Assembly (NCBI GenBank): GCA_951406725.2
Contig: OX597818.1
Span: 19,902,001-19,966,000, forward strand
Length of the DNA stretch: 64,000 nt
Source of the DNA: Octopus vulgaris
Taxonomy: Eukaryota
Reading direction: 5' to 3'
Position 1 is the first letter of the stretch. Each line of letters starts with the position of its first letter. A model generated the notes under the pieces. The model was not told the DNA's origin. It made no database searches and saw only the letters and a list, made by a program, of their open reading frames with translations. The translations under genes and the position numbers were made by a program. Positions 37,308-50,538 of this stretch are shown piece by piece.

Positions 37308-37390
37308 AGGTAAAGAATACGCGCACCACCCGTTTTCGGCATAACCCTAATCACCGAAAACGTGTGGTGTGCGTATTCTTTACCTTCGCC
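37308..37390. repeat. Short palindromic MITE-like element, copy 2
   Basis: AGGTAAAGAATACGCGCACCAC...GTGGTGTGCGTATTCTTTACCT with an internal CCCTAA; almost fully self-complementary. Confidence 0.7.
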
Positions 37391-40062
37391 AAAAGTGATA
37401 GATAAACAAAAAACAAAAATGTCTTGGGAAAGACATATTTTTATGGATAAATTGATTATTTAAAGTATAATTAATTGCTCGTAGAAAGACACTAATTGGG
37501 AATGCAATATTAAGGGAGATAACTTCTTTCGAGCACAGTGAGTTAAGGGTGATCACCGAAATGACGACAGCAAAACATGAATACATTGGAACATGTTTTT
37601 GTTTAAGGAAAACAAAAACAGTAATTTTAGCGACTTCCAATTATAACAGCGGTTAGTCTGAGACATGAGCCCCGCGAGGTGGGGTAGCTGTTGATGCGAG
37701 TGTTGCAGGCTATTCTCTGCAGCAACATCTTAGCAATTATGTCTGCGCGCGATCGAACGCATTTGGTCTTTGTTGACAACCTGTTACTCCCCATACTCAG
37801 CTTTTGCTGTTTAGTATATCGCCACACACTTTTTCTTTTCTTCAAGTAATTCTGGGTTCTTCCTCGATGATTTAATCTTTAATACTTTTATTTTTGCTTC
37901 TTTCCTTCCTGTAAAAATGTTGCTAAATAAAAATTTATTTTCTGAACTCACCCTAAATCCCATTTTAAAACTTATCATTTCCCTCGTGTACTACTTTTCC
38001 GAAAAGTTCATCAGCTCGAGATATCCTAGCTGCAGAATCGTTCGCTACCCTGCCAAAAATTTGGTTTACGATTCTTCACCTAACCCAAAACAGTATTTTA
38101 AAACAGTTGTTTTCACACACAAATAAGTAGAAAGATCTATATATGTTCGAGAAAGAAAGCAGTTCCTTTTATTTGCAGCTTTCCAAGAAAAGTGTTGATA
38201 TAAAAAAAAATAGGCTTTGCACCACAGCCAAGATGTCATCAGTTCTGTCTCACTAAATGGCATAATAGGCAAGTGCCTTCTACTATAGTCCTAAAATGAC
38301 CAGTGCCTTGTAAATCAAATTTGATGGACAGAAATTGCGTGGAAGTTCATTGCATATTTATGTATAAATATGTGTTGGGTGCGTGTGTGTTTCAGTCTTA
38401 ATTTTCAAAAAGCTTGCAAAAAATTAGCACACTTTGTTTATATTCCGTAATTAGCACACTTTGTTTATATTCCGTAATTAGCAGTTCGGCAAATGGATAT
38501 CGATGAAATAAATTGCACACTTGAAAGTAAGTAGTGTGGTCAATGTTTTGTGGACATAGCCTCAACACTGTCCCAAATATGGGAGCAGTTTTCTATTATC
38601 GAGCTCACTGAGCTTTGAGAATTCGGTTTTCTCTTGTGTTGAGGATGTGCTACTGCAACAGAAAATTCTCAGTGATTGCAAGCATCTGAAGTGATGTCAA
38701 GGGTTGTTGCGTTCTGAGTTCAAATTCCGCCGAGGTCGACTTTGCCTTTCATCCTTTCGGGGTCGATAAATTAAGTACCAGTTACGCACTGGAGTCGATG
38801 TAATCGACTTAATCCGTTTGTCTGTCCTTGTTTGTCCCCTCTATGTTTAGCCCCTTGTGGGCAATAAAGAAACAGATATTCATGTTTAAACGGGGTTAGA
38901 TGGGGTGGGATAATGTGGTCGCAGTATATGCAGTTTCTGACGGGACGAAGTTGGTAATTACAAATTCCAGGTAAGGAGAGGCACTGTCAAGGCTTTTCCA
39001 CGTGATGCTAGGGAACTCAATTCCTTGGTTTCAAAGTCACTAGTTTAAACGGGATTGTAAAAGAATCGTTAATGTCGGAAAATGCCTTGTAGTATTTGTT
39101 TTGGTTCTTTACGTTCTGGGTTAAAAACCCGCTGAGGTCAACTTTGTTTTTCACCTTTTCGGTGTAGATAAAATAACTTAATGTCAAGAACTGGGGTCGA
39201 TGTAATCGACAAACACCCCCACCTCAAAATTGCTAGCCTTGAGCCTAAATCAGAAATTATTATTTCTCTTTGCAGTAATATGTTTACTACAAATATATAT
39301 TATCTAGTATATTAACTGACATCTTTTTAAATAGATAATTTAGAGACTGTTTTTCAATAAGCATTAGCATTTACAAATGAAACAACTTTCCATGTACCTA
39401 AAGCCAATGTAGTCATAGAAATCCTGGAAAAAGTCACAGAAAAAAAGTGTGTTGTTCGACAAAAAAACCCCACAAGACTGACAAAGTTTCTTCGTGACAT
39501 TGGTTGGAAATGTTCATGTTAATCAACTTTAAAAACACTAAATATATATTCTACTCTAGGCACAAAACCTGAAATTTGGGGAGGGGAGAGTCGATTACAT
39601 TGACTCCAGTCCTCAACTAGTACCTATTTTATCGATTTCGAAAGGATGAAATGCGAAGTCCACCTCGGCGGAATTTGAACTCAGAACACGAAGAGAGATG
39701 TACTATCGCTAAGCATTTCGTCCGGCGCGCGCTAATGATTCTGCCAGCTCAATAAATTGTTTTAATAAATTGATTAAGAAATTGAATAAAAGTATTTTTC
39801 CACGTATGTGTAAGGCCATCATACATATACTGTGTACAGTTCATGTGCTTATTAGTTTAGTAAGTGACTTGAGATATTTTTTTGCGTTATTCCTTTAACT
39901 GTTTATAGTTACTAAATAAACTGTTACTTTTTCCAGTAACATTTTTTCAGTAAGTTTTTTTCGGGACACCCCTTAATCAGTATATGAAACCAATACTGAC
40001 CAGTCCAGCTCTAACACCACCGTCGCAACACTGTTCTATCAGTCAACAATGTTTGTCGACAC

Positions 40063-40079
40063 GTTGCTATGGCGGCAAC
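40063..40079. promoter_or_regulatory. X-box-like (RFX) motif overlapping the NICN1 start codon
   Basis: GTTGCTATGGCGGCAAC has GTTGC/GCAAC half-sites, in a CpG-rich first exon. Confidence 0.45.
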
Positions 40080-40203
40080 AGTGCAGAAGGCTTTGGCGTG
40101 TTCGCAACAACCACCCGTTTCCATCCTTGTTGGTAATGACGCGAATTTCATAACCGGTCAAAAAATCATTCCAATCACTTTTCCCTACCTAGTTATCTCT
40201 GGG
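40069..40203 (+). CDS. NICN1: NICN1 exon 1
   Basis: MAATVQKALACSQQPPVSILVGNDANFITGQKIIPITFPYLVISG|gtaagc, phase 0. Confidence 0.8.
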
Positions 40204-43200
40204 GTAAGCAACAATGTGCTTTTACTTATTATTTAATCACGCGCGCACGTGCACACGCACACACATAACTGTTGTTTAGTCTAAAGTCAGCAATGATTGA
40301 GCAGACCTCTGATTAAAAGTACTCTAATTATAACATGTTCATATACATATCGCGTATGTACACAATGTAGGGTGTGATTGATATATAAGCGTTTTGGCTG
40401 TTATTTGTAGCAAGTCGAGCAACCACCTTAGGCCTCCTTCGTCGTTACAAAGTTGTATTCAGCTGTTCTAGCCAACTGAAATACCTATCACTAACACCAA
40501 CAGAGGATCCATAAAACTGGTCTCCTTTTTCGGTGTTCTTGTAATTATTTTATTTATTTATTTATTTTTTTGATAGGCGACGTAACTTGACGTACCGCAT
40601 CTTAACCACACAACTTGATTTATCTTTTACTTGTTTCAAGTACTGGAGTGCAGCTATGCTGGGGCACCGCCGTGGGGAGTTTTGGTCGAATATATCAACT
40701 CCAGTTCTTTATGTTATTTTGTTTTTTAAGTCCTTGTTGTACCGGCTAGTTTTAACGAACCGCTAAGTTACAGGGCCGTAAACAAAACAACGTCGATTGT
40801 CAAACAGTGGGGAGGAGAACACAAACACGTGTGCACGCGTATAATGGGCTTCTTTCAGTTTCCGTCTGCCAAATCGACTGACAAAGCTTTGGTTGGCTTG
40901 AGTCTATAGTGGAAGACGCTGGCTCAAAGTTCCATGCAGTGGGGTTGAATCTGAAATCATGTGGTTAAAAAGTAAACTTCTTACTAAACAGCCATGCCTG
41001 TTTTTTTGTTTTGTTTTCTTTTGTTTTTGTTTTTGCAAGAAGTAAGGTAAAATAAGATATTTATTTGCCATCGTGGCTGTGTGTAAGAAGCTTGCTTCTC
41101 AACCATATGGTTTTGGGTTCGGTCCCACTGCATGGCACCTTGGGCAAGTGTCTTCTACTATAGCCTCAGGCTGACCAAAGCCTTGTGAGTGGATATGGTA
41201 GACAGAAACTCAAAGAAGCCCATTGTGTGTGTGTGTTTGTTCCCCCATCACACTTGACAACTGGTGTTGGTACATTTATGTTTCCATAACTTGGCAAAAC
41301 AGACTGATAGAATAAGTACTGGGATCGATTCAATCAACTAAAAATTCTCCAGGGTGGTACCCGAGCATGGCCACAGTCTAATGACTGAAACAAGTAAACG
41401 GTAGAAGATAAAAAAAAAATTCAACAGAAAGTGCAGAGATTTTGTTTTTTATGTGGTAAAATACAAATTATTACAATAACATTCATTATCAAATACTTAC
41501 TCTCTTCCTCTCTGTCTTTCTCTCTTTCTCTCTCTCCCTCTCTCTCTCCCCTCTCTCTGTCTCTCGAAAGATCACCATTCACTTGAAAATAATTTTAAAA
41601 AAGCATTAAAACATTGTCTGTTTAAAGAAAGCTAAAATATAAATACTTACTGTACAAACAACTTACATTTTTGAAATCACATTCATTTAAAAATATTTCT
41701 AAATGATAAAAATATTGTGTGTGCCAAAAAGTTGACTTTTTTTTTCTTAGAGAGCGTGAAGACTATGTGTGTGTATATGTCACAGATAGCGGGTGTGTGT
41801 TTGTGTTGATTGACACACTATGACATTCATTAGATGTGTGCATATTTTGTATGTGTGTTGATGTCATGGAAGCCATGTTTTTTTGTCAAGAAATAACAAA
41901 CAAAAATTTTATTTAATCGTTTCCATTAATAAATAGAGGTTCTAATATCACAAATTATTTTTGTACTGCTCTGCCGAAGGTAAGTATGAAAATAAATATG
42001 CAAAAAAATTAAGTTACACACACACACACACACTCATATATATACATATATACACACACAACAGGCTTCCACACTGCTTTCATGTATGAAGTTCACTTAC
42101 ACTGTATTGGTCAACCCAGGGCTCTAATAGAAGACATTTGCTTAAAGTACCACATGGTTGCACAATGAGCTTCTTAATCACAACCATATTACTTTTACCA
42201 AGGATCAGGAATAAAAACAACAAGGTAGAGGTTCCCATGTTGGATCATGTTAGATTTTGTTTTTATTTAACATTACTTTTATTCATGTAGATATTATGCC
42301 TTCTATCAAACAGTACACAATCAAGAAGCAAACATCATCATATTTCTCTATTTAAAGACTTTAAGTATTTAATAGAGGAAGTAAATTGATGGGATATAAG
42401 CCATGTTGCATAGAAGAGGTGCCAGAATATTTCATGATTAACCTTTTTTTTCTAAGATGAAATAAGCATTATTTAATATCTTTTTAATGAAGAGAACCAG
42501 AAAATGTGTTTACTTTTGGTTATAATAGTGAATTAAATTGAGCCTTTCTTTCTTTTTTCTCATGGAGAGAGGTTAAACAAGAGAAGTGATGGTAAAACCA
42601 CCATCATCATTATTTAATGTCCATTGTCCATGCTGGCAAGCCAGAGAGCTGCACCTGGCTCCAGTCTGATTTGGCATGATTTCTACAGCTGGATGCTCTT
42701 CCTAACACCAAGCACTCTATGGTGTGTGCTGGGTGCTTTTAACACAGCAACCACATTAGTGCTATTACATGGCACCAGCACAGGACTCTTCTTCACCAGG
42801 GTGAATCTTCTTTACCAGGGTGAGTGGCTTTAATACTTCTGCATTCTTTATCTATGGCCTAAGTTTCTCCAAATCACAGGGTAAATCTTAGCTGTGAGAG
42901 ACTCAACCTTTTCCACTAACACTTAACTAAAGGACAATTAATACTAAAAGAAGTGAAATAAAACCAGTACTTGTTTATTATTGGCTTAATGATCCTCCTG
43001 AGATACAACAAAATGACAAAAACAATTGTGGCTTGTACCCGTAATATAATTGTACCCATAATATAGAGCAGTTGCTGATATTATAAGTGACTGGTTTATA
43101 AATCAATCAGGAATGGATAAAGGAATGAAGCAGTCATTTTGTATATCAATAAAAAATAACGATTGTCTTTGATAGGTAAAAATACCTTCAAGTTATTTAT

Positions 43201-46200
43201 AAATACATAACCAAAAAAAAAACCTATGCTCTTTAAAATTAAAAAAAACAACTCTTTATTGCTAATTATATATTCTGTTTGTAATTAGATTGATGAAATC
43301 CACTTTCAAAACTATTACACAGCTTTACTTACAATCAAAGCCAAGTTCCAACTTGCTAATCAAGGTAAGATAATTAGTTTTTGTCATTCGATGATGTGCC
43401 CCCCCCCCCCGCCTCATGTAACCTAACAATAATCAGATTAAGCTGACAAGGTGACAGGTTACCAGTCAAAAGTCAGCCTTCTGTATCCTATCACTAGCAT
43501 TGTACTAAGTCCCTGACACCTTCACTAACTCTGTACAACAATGTACACTTAACCTTGTTTTAAAATAATTTTGTGGTTATAACCAAGAGAAGGACATTTG
43601 GTTCTGATAAATAAACAATCTTTATTTTGACCTAAGTGGATCTCATTCAGCCTCAGTGCACTCAGAACTTTAAACTATTTATATATCATTACTAAACTGC
43701 CACTACAGTGTCTGTTATGAATAAATAAATATATATATACAGATCCATGTTTTATGTATTTAATTACACTGGGAAATTAAGCATCCCCCACTCCCTGTGA
43801 TGGACTTTTCTGCAGCTTGGGATGAGGATTGAACTGAGAAAAGTTCAGAGGATATCCTACACTTAATAAATTACAGGTACTTGTTTGATTATCCTCAAGC
43901 TATCAAAATGTTACTAACAACAAAATATGTCTTAATGGTTTAACAAGGAAGAATGGACAGTGCCCATAAAGTTCACAAGCCCTCCCAGATGTGTGAGATT
44001 GATGTGACTGATGCTCAGCTTGAAAATCTGTAAGGAAATATTTGTAGGGAAAAAAATGGGTGTGAAGGAATTCCAAAAGGTTGTTGCTCTGAGATAAAAA
44101 AGGATTACAGAAACTGGTTAATGTGGGGCTTGCAAAAGTGATAGTGGCCATGGTAGGGGGGAAAAATACTGTGTAGGTGATGGGAAGGGGAAGAAAAGTA
44201 TGTGTGTTTTGTAGGCATGAATGAAGGGGAATACAACTAGGTAATTCAAGGGAGCAAACAATGCTGCTTTTAGTGTTACTTGAGTCTGCTGTCGATTTGT
44301 GGTTTCAAATCAGTTTTGTTTTCTCTAATCACTTTTCTGTACATGCAAGAGATGGTCTCTTTGTTGGAGTCCTATTGGTATGATGTCCATTTCAGGTATT
44401 TTAATATCTTTGAGAGACTACAATTTAAAATTTGAAATATGATTATTGATATGTAGAAGGAACTATAATAAAAAGGTATAGGCTAAGAACTGATGAATAC
44501 CTACCTGCACTCTAAATTTCTTCCTGAACTCATTGTTAACTCTCACCTTACAGGCAGCACCTCTGTACATGGCTTGCACAAATATCACAAAACATTCATC
44601 TAATATTAAGCACTAGACTACAGAGCATGGTGCCTGTCAATGGTCCTCTCCTGCTTGGTGACTGTTAAATATAGTGGTTTGCTCTCTCAGTTAAGAACTT
44701 CTATAATTGCTTCACTAGAAGCAGAACATCAGTGTTACCCCATTTAGGCATAAACCTGAACAGCAGTTCAGGTTTATGCCTAGATGGGATAACATAATTA
44801 TTATTTATGTATTATAAATATCCATAAATGCTTAAATTCATTCTTGTTATTTTCTTTTTTGGGGAAAAAACTTAGATTCCAAAGTATGGAAGACATGCCT
44901 GAGAAAGTATCCATTAATGCCAGCCCCACACTGTGAAATTGGCTCAGAGAGCAACTTTGTGATTGGCAAAAAACAGGTAAATATAGGTATTTTCCATTAA
45001 TACAAAAGAATTATTGCTATATTTTGAGAAAGTCACATTTTCCAATAATTAAACATGTGTACCGACTGTTAATCTTACTCATTTCTTCATCATTTAATAA
45101 TTAAGGTGAATAGTAGTAGGGGTGTGGCACAACCTCCTAACACTAATATTTAAATAATGAAGGAAGGAATAACAATTATTTATTTGAGTGTTTAGTTATT
45201 GGTAAATATAACTCTGCCAGTTACAGTATTATTGCTTTTGAAAAACATGATTTCTTTGCAAACATTTATAATAAACTATATCAACTTTATTGTATTTTTG
45301 AAGAGTTATATTTTCCAATATGATTCAACATATGAACCAATAATGGTTATTATGCTCTTCTTTATTCTTTATGAGATACAGCATAAATGTATGAACAGGC
45401 CACAGGACTATGACAAAAAAGATTCCTTCTTATAATGAAATAATAAATATATGAATAATAATCACAATCAATGCATATGTTTAATTACTGGCAAAACAAC
45501 TCTTCCAAAATATAAGGTCTGTTCCAACACATCATTTCGGTTCAAACTTTGTGTCAAACATGTAGTTAAAAAAGCTAACACCACTTTACCCTTGTGGTTT
45601 AAAAGTGTTAACATTTGTTGACAACACTTGCTGAATTAAGACAGCATGCTGGCAGAATTATTAGCACACTGAGCAAAATGCTTAACAGCATTTCATCCGT
45701 TCATACATTCTGAGTTCAAATTCTGCTGAAGTCATCCTTGCTTTTCATCCTTTCAGGGTCAATAAAATAAGAACTAGCTGAGCACTGGGGTTGATGTTAT
45801 CGACTTACCTCTCCCCAAAATTTCTGGCCTTGTACCAAAATTTGAAATTAATATTTATTGCATTACAAACAGGTTACTAAGATCTTACTGTGTTACATAA
45901 GGAACTTACCTCAGTTTGTATCTTCATTGTGATAAGACACCGAGTTGAAATAAATGTTGGAATAAATGATAAAATGAATGTTTTATGGTCATCATCATCA
46001 TCATCATCGTTTAACGTCCGCTTTCCATGCTAGCATGGGTTGGACAATTTGACTGAGAACCAGATGGCTGCACCAGGCTCCAATCTGATCTGACAGAGTT
46101 TCTACAGCTGGATGCCCTTCCTAATGCCAACCACTCTGCGAGTGTAGTGGGTGCTTTTACATGCCACCGGCACGAGGGCCAGTCAGGCGGTACTGGCAAC

Positions 46201-49200
46201 GGCCTTGCTCAAATGGTGTTTTTTACGTGCCACCTGCACAGGAGCCAGTTCAGCAGCACTGGCAATGACCTCGCTCAAATGCTTTTTCACATGCTAGTAA
46301 GGTGATGCTGATAATGATCACGCTCGAATGGTGCTTTTTACATGCCACCCGCACGGCTATTTTCTACGTTCAATCTTTGACAGAGACTTTAGCTTTCATT
46401 CATCTGGAGTCAGTAAAATATGCTTATGCATGTACTCGAACAAAAAGATGACTGAAAATGCAGAACCAAATGAAATACTGTAAATTCTTTAATTTTATCA
46501 TTAGAGTCACTGAATTGCTTGACCATTGGATGAAAAACCTTGCAATAATTATTCTGCCTCTATAAGGCAGAGAGTTGGCAGAATCATTAGCACATTAAGC
46601 AAAATGCTTAGTAGCATTTCATTTGTCTTTACATTCTGAGTTCAAATTTCGCTGAGGTCAGCTTTGCCTTTCATCCTTTTGGGGTTGATAAAGTAAGTAC
46701 CAGTTGAGGATTGTGGTCAATGTAATTGACTTACTTCTCCCACCAAAATTTCTGGCCTTGTGCTAAAATTTGAAACCAATATTTATTCAGTCCCTGATCT
46801 CTAATTTCAAACCCCCACCAAGATCAACTGTGCATTTCATCCTTTTCAGTTGATAAAGTACGTCCTGGATGGTGGATTGGTAGAATTAGGGGTTGGTGAC
46901 AGGAAGGGCATCCAGATGTAGTACCTCAACAAATTCCATCTGATTTGTGCATGAATGGAAAAGTGGATGTTAATTGAATATGATGGTGGTGGTGGTGGTG
47001 GTGGCGGTGGTGATGGCAGTGGTGGTGGCAGTGGTGGCAGTGGCGGCAGCAGCGGTGGCAATGATGATGACAATGATGATGATGATGGTGGTTGTAGTCA
47101 TGGTCATCGTCATGGTGGTGAGGAGGAGGAGAAGAAGGAATAAAAAGAAAAATTACCAGTCGTATATCAGGATCCATTAACTTAATTACACACCTTCATA
47201 CATACTGTATATCCTTGTACATGAGTTTAAAAATTTATTTTTTATTGTTTTTTTTTGTGGATAAAATTATTTCTTTTCCTTTTCTCTTTCTTTTATGTAT
47301 ATCTTCTGGATCATTCTAATGTAGTTAATCTGTGAATTGACGAATGTTGTTGAACTAAAATTAATTTTACTACAACCTTCACCTGTCTGGATTGATTTCT
47401 CTTTAGAAGATATAAAGCTGTTCAGAGGATCACAGGTAAATACCAACAGCAGTGTGTGTGTGTGTTTCTTTACCTTGACATTACATGATAGTTGTAAATA
47501 AGTGTCATCATCATGCAAGCAGTATCGTTCATTCCCAGTCTTCCATGAAAATATGTCACGTCATGGTAAAATATTACCTTGCTTGGAAAATAGTTGAGCG
47601 TTGGTGAGAGGAAGGCCAGATCTCAACGAATTCCATTGGATCCATGCAAACATAGAAAGGTGGATGTTAAAACAAAGATGATGTATGTGTATGCATTTGT
47701 ATGCACATGTGTGTCTGTGGGAATATTTGCACGTTTGCATGTGTGAAGTATATGTGTGCATCTGAATATGCATGTATGTATATATGTTTGTGTTTGTGTG
47801 TACAAATATATAATATTCAGTGACACTGTCTATTTCAAAAGCACTCTGTCGTACAGAAACCAGTTGACAAGGAGATAAAGGATGATGAAGAGGAAAATGA
47901 AGTTGAAAATGAAGATGGTGATGAATGCATGAAATACAATCCAGTAAGTACTTACACCAATTTTGCTTTTGTTGCCAAAGATGGGTAGGTAGATTACAGA
48001 GATTAAAGGCGGTGAGCTATTAAAAACGTTAGACGCCGGGCGAAATGCTTAGCGGTATTTTGTCTGCCGTTACGTTCTGAGTTCAAATTCCGCTGAGGTC
48101 GACTTTGCCTTTCATCCTTTCAGGGTCGATTAAATAAGTACCAGTTATGCACTGGGGTCGATATAATCGACTTAATCCGTTTGTCTGTGTTTAGTCCCTT
48201 GTGGGTAGTAAAGAAATAGGTATTTCGTCTGCTGTTATGTTCTGAGTTCAAATTCCACTGAGGTCGACATTGCCTTTCATCCTTTCGGGGTCGATTAAAT
48301 AAGTACCAGTTACGCACTGGGGTTGATATAATCGACTTAATCCATTTGTCCTTGTTTGTCCCCTCTGTGTTTAGTCCCTTGTGGGTAGTAAAGAAATAGG
48401 TATTTCGTCTGCCGTTATGTTTTGAGTTCAAATTCTGCCGAGGTCGACTTTGCCTTTCATCCTTTCGGGGTCTATAAATTAAGTACCAGTTATGCACTGG
48501 GGTCGATGTAATCGACTTAATCCCTTTGTCTGTCCTTGTTTGTCCCCTCTATGTTTAGCCCCTTGTGAGCAATAAAGAAATAAGGTAGATTACAGCTTGA
48601 ACTTTGATACATTTGGTTTGTATAGCTCAACCTAGCTGTATACGAACCAACAAGGAAACTCACCACTTTATGTGGCTACTGGACCTGCTACAAATTTCAG
48701 CAAAATATCTCTTAAATTATATGTATATATATATATATATATATCCTAACGTTTTGAACATGGAGGGAGACATTTGATAACGAAATCACCCTGAATATGA
48801 ACTGTCTGAAAAAAAGATGTGATGGTCATGTCCAGAATATTTTTGAACATGGATTTGCTCAAGCAGGGCTGATCAGAGGTTAGACATAAACAACTGCAAG
48901 TAGCTACATACAAAGAATCATACAAATCAACATTATGATCATCTTCACCAACATCATTAATGTTGATCTCGGACAGGGTCTTGCCTCCTTGTTGCACTCA
49001 TTTACTATGTGATAAATACAACAACATCCAAAAACTGCTATTATTTGTTGTGCATGGGATGGTCATTTTATAATTGGATGCTTTTCCCATCACTAACCAC
49101 TTTACAGAATGTAAAGGCGTCAAGCTGGCAGAAACGTTAGCATGCCAGGTGAAATGCTTGGTAGTATGTCATCTGCCACTACGTTCTGAGTTCAAATGCC

Positions 49201-50495
49201 ACCGAGGTCGACTTTGCCTTTCATCCTTTCGGGGTCGATAAATTAAGTATCAGTTAATCCCTTTGTCTGTCCTTGTTTGACCCTTCTATGTTTAGCCCCT
49301 TGTGGGCAATAAAGAAATAAGAATGTACTGGATGCATTATATCATGCCATCAGCTCTAGTGAGATTGACTACCTAAAATGTCCTTTTTATTTTGCATTAG
49401 TTCTTATTCAGAGTTATTGCCCTCCTATACAAATTGATTTCCCCACTGATATCAGAGTCCACTTCATCTTTTCCTTTTTCAGCATAGCTTTTATGCATGC
49501 ATTTATTTATTAAACTTTTTTATATCTATTTCTATTATTTCTTTCCTTTCTAGTTTGGTATGGATCTGTCTGCTATCTCCAAAACAATGCAAAAGTGGTC
49601 CCTTATCAATCAGCCATTGAATAGTCGGTCAAAAGTAAAGCAGAGTAAATACGAGGTTTGTATTTAATGATGTGCATCTGTTACTGCTCCTACTACTATT
49701 CTGTTATTACCTCTGTTGTTACTACTACTTGCTGCTGCTGCTGCTTGTTTGTTTGTTTGTTTGTTGAGCGAAGCGGTCTTCGTCCATAGTGGGAGAAGTC
49801 CAATACATGGTCCTTTGCTATTCGTAAGACTCCCAGAAGAGAAAGCAGGTCAACCCTCGACACCGAGAGCATCGATGGATGGATGAATGCGCATCCAGGC
49901 TCAGTGGTTGCGTAGGAAGTCGGGGACAAGAAACAGGAAGAAAGAGTGAGAGAAAGTTGGAGCAAAAGAGTACAACAGGGGTCACCACCATCCCCTGCCG
50001 GAGCCTCGTGGAGCTTTAGGTGTTTTCGCTCAATAAACACACACAACGCCCGGTCTGGGAATCGAAACTGCAATCCTCCGACCGCAAGTCCACTGCCCTA
50101 ACCACTGGGCCATTGCGTCTCCACTGCTGCTGCTGCTACTGCCATTAATTCTATAACTGTGTCTATCTGCCCAGTCCACATTGCCTCATGGTGTGTAGAT
50201 ATGAGTACTAACATACATAATGTGGTGAACACAATAATTTTTAATTAACTAAAACTGTACCTGCATTGAAGAGAACCACACTAAAGCAAGGATAATGACT
50301 TGAAATGTTTTTTTTATTTGTAGTTATTGCAATCAAGTCATAATTCATTAAAACTGAATATCAATATCAACACATTGTGTCTATATATTCTATCAAAATT
50401 TATACACGACCTATCCAGTCATCATCATCATCATCTTTATATTTTATCTATGTATCCAGCCAACATTTGAAAATTGTATCTATCCAGTCAATACT

Positions 50496-50538
<43 letters not shown>

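Noticed and set aside
37627-37908. Lys-rich minus-strand ORF or exon candidate
   Set aside because: No recognisable homology or partner exon; cannot be supported.
38911-38970. ATG-initiated segment ending in CAG|gtaagg as NICN1 exon 1
   Set aside because: No similarity to the NICN1 N-terminus. 40069-40203 matches it and has the right phase.
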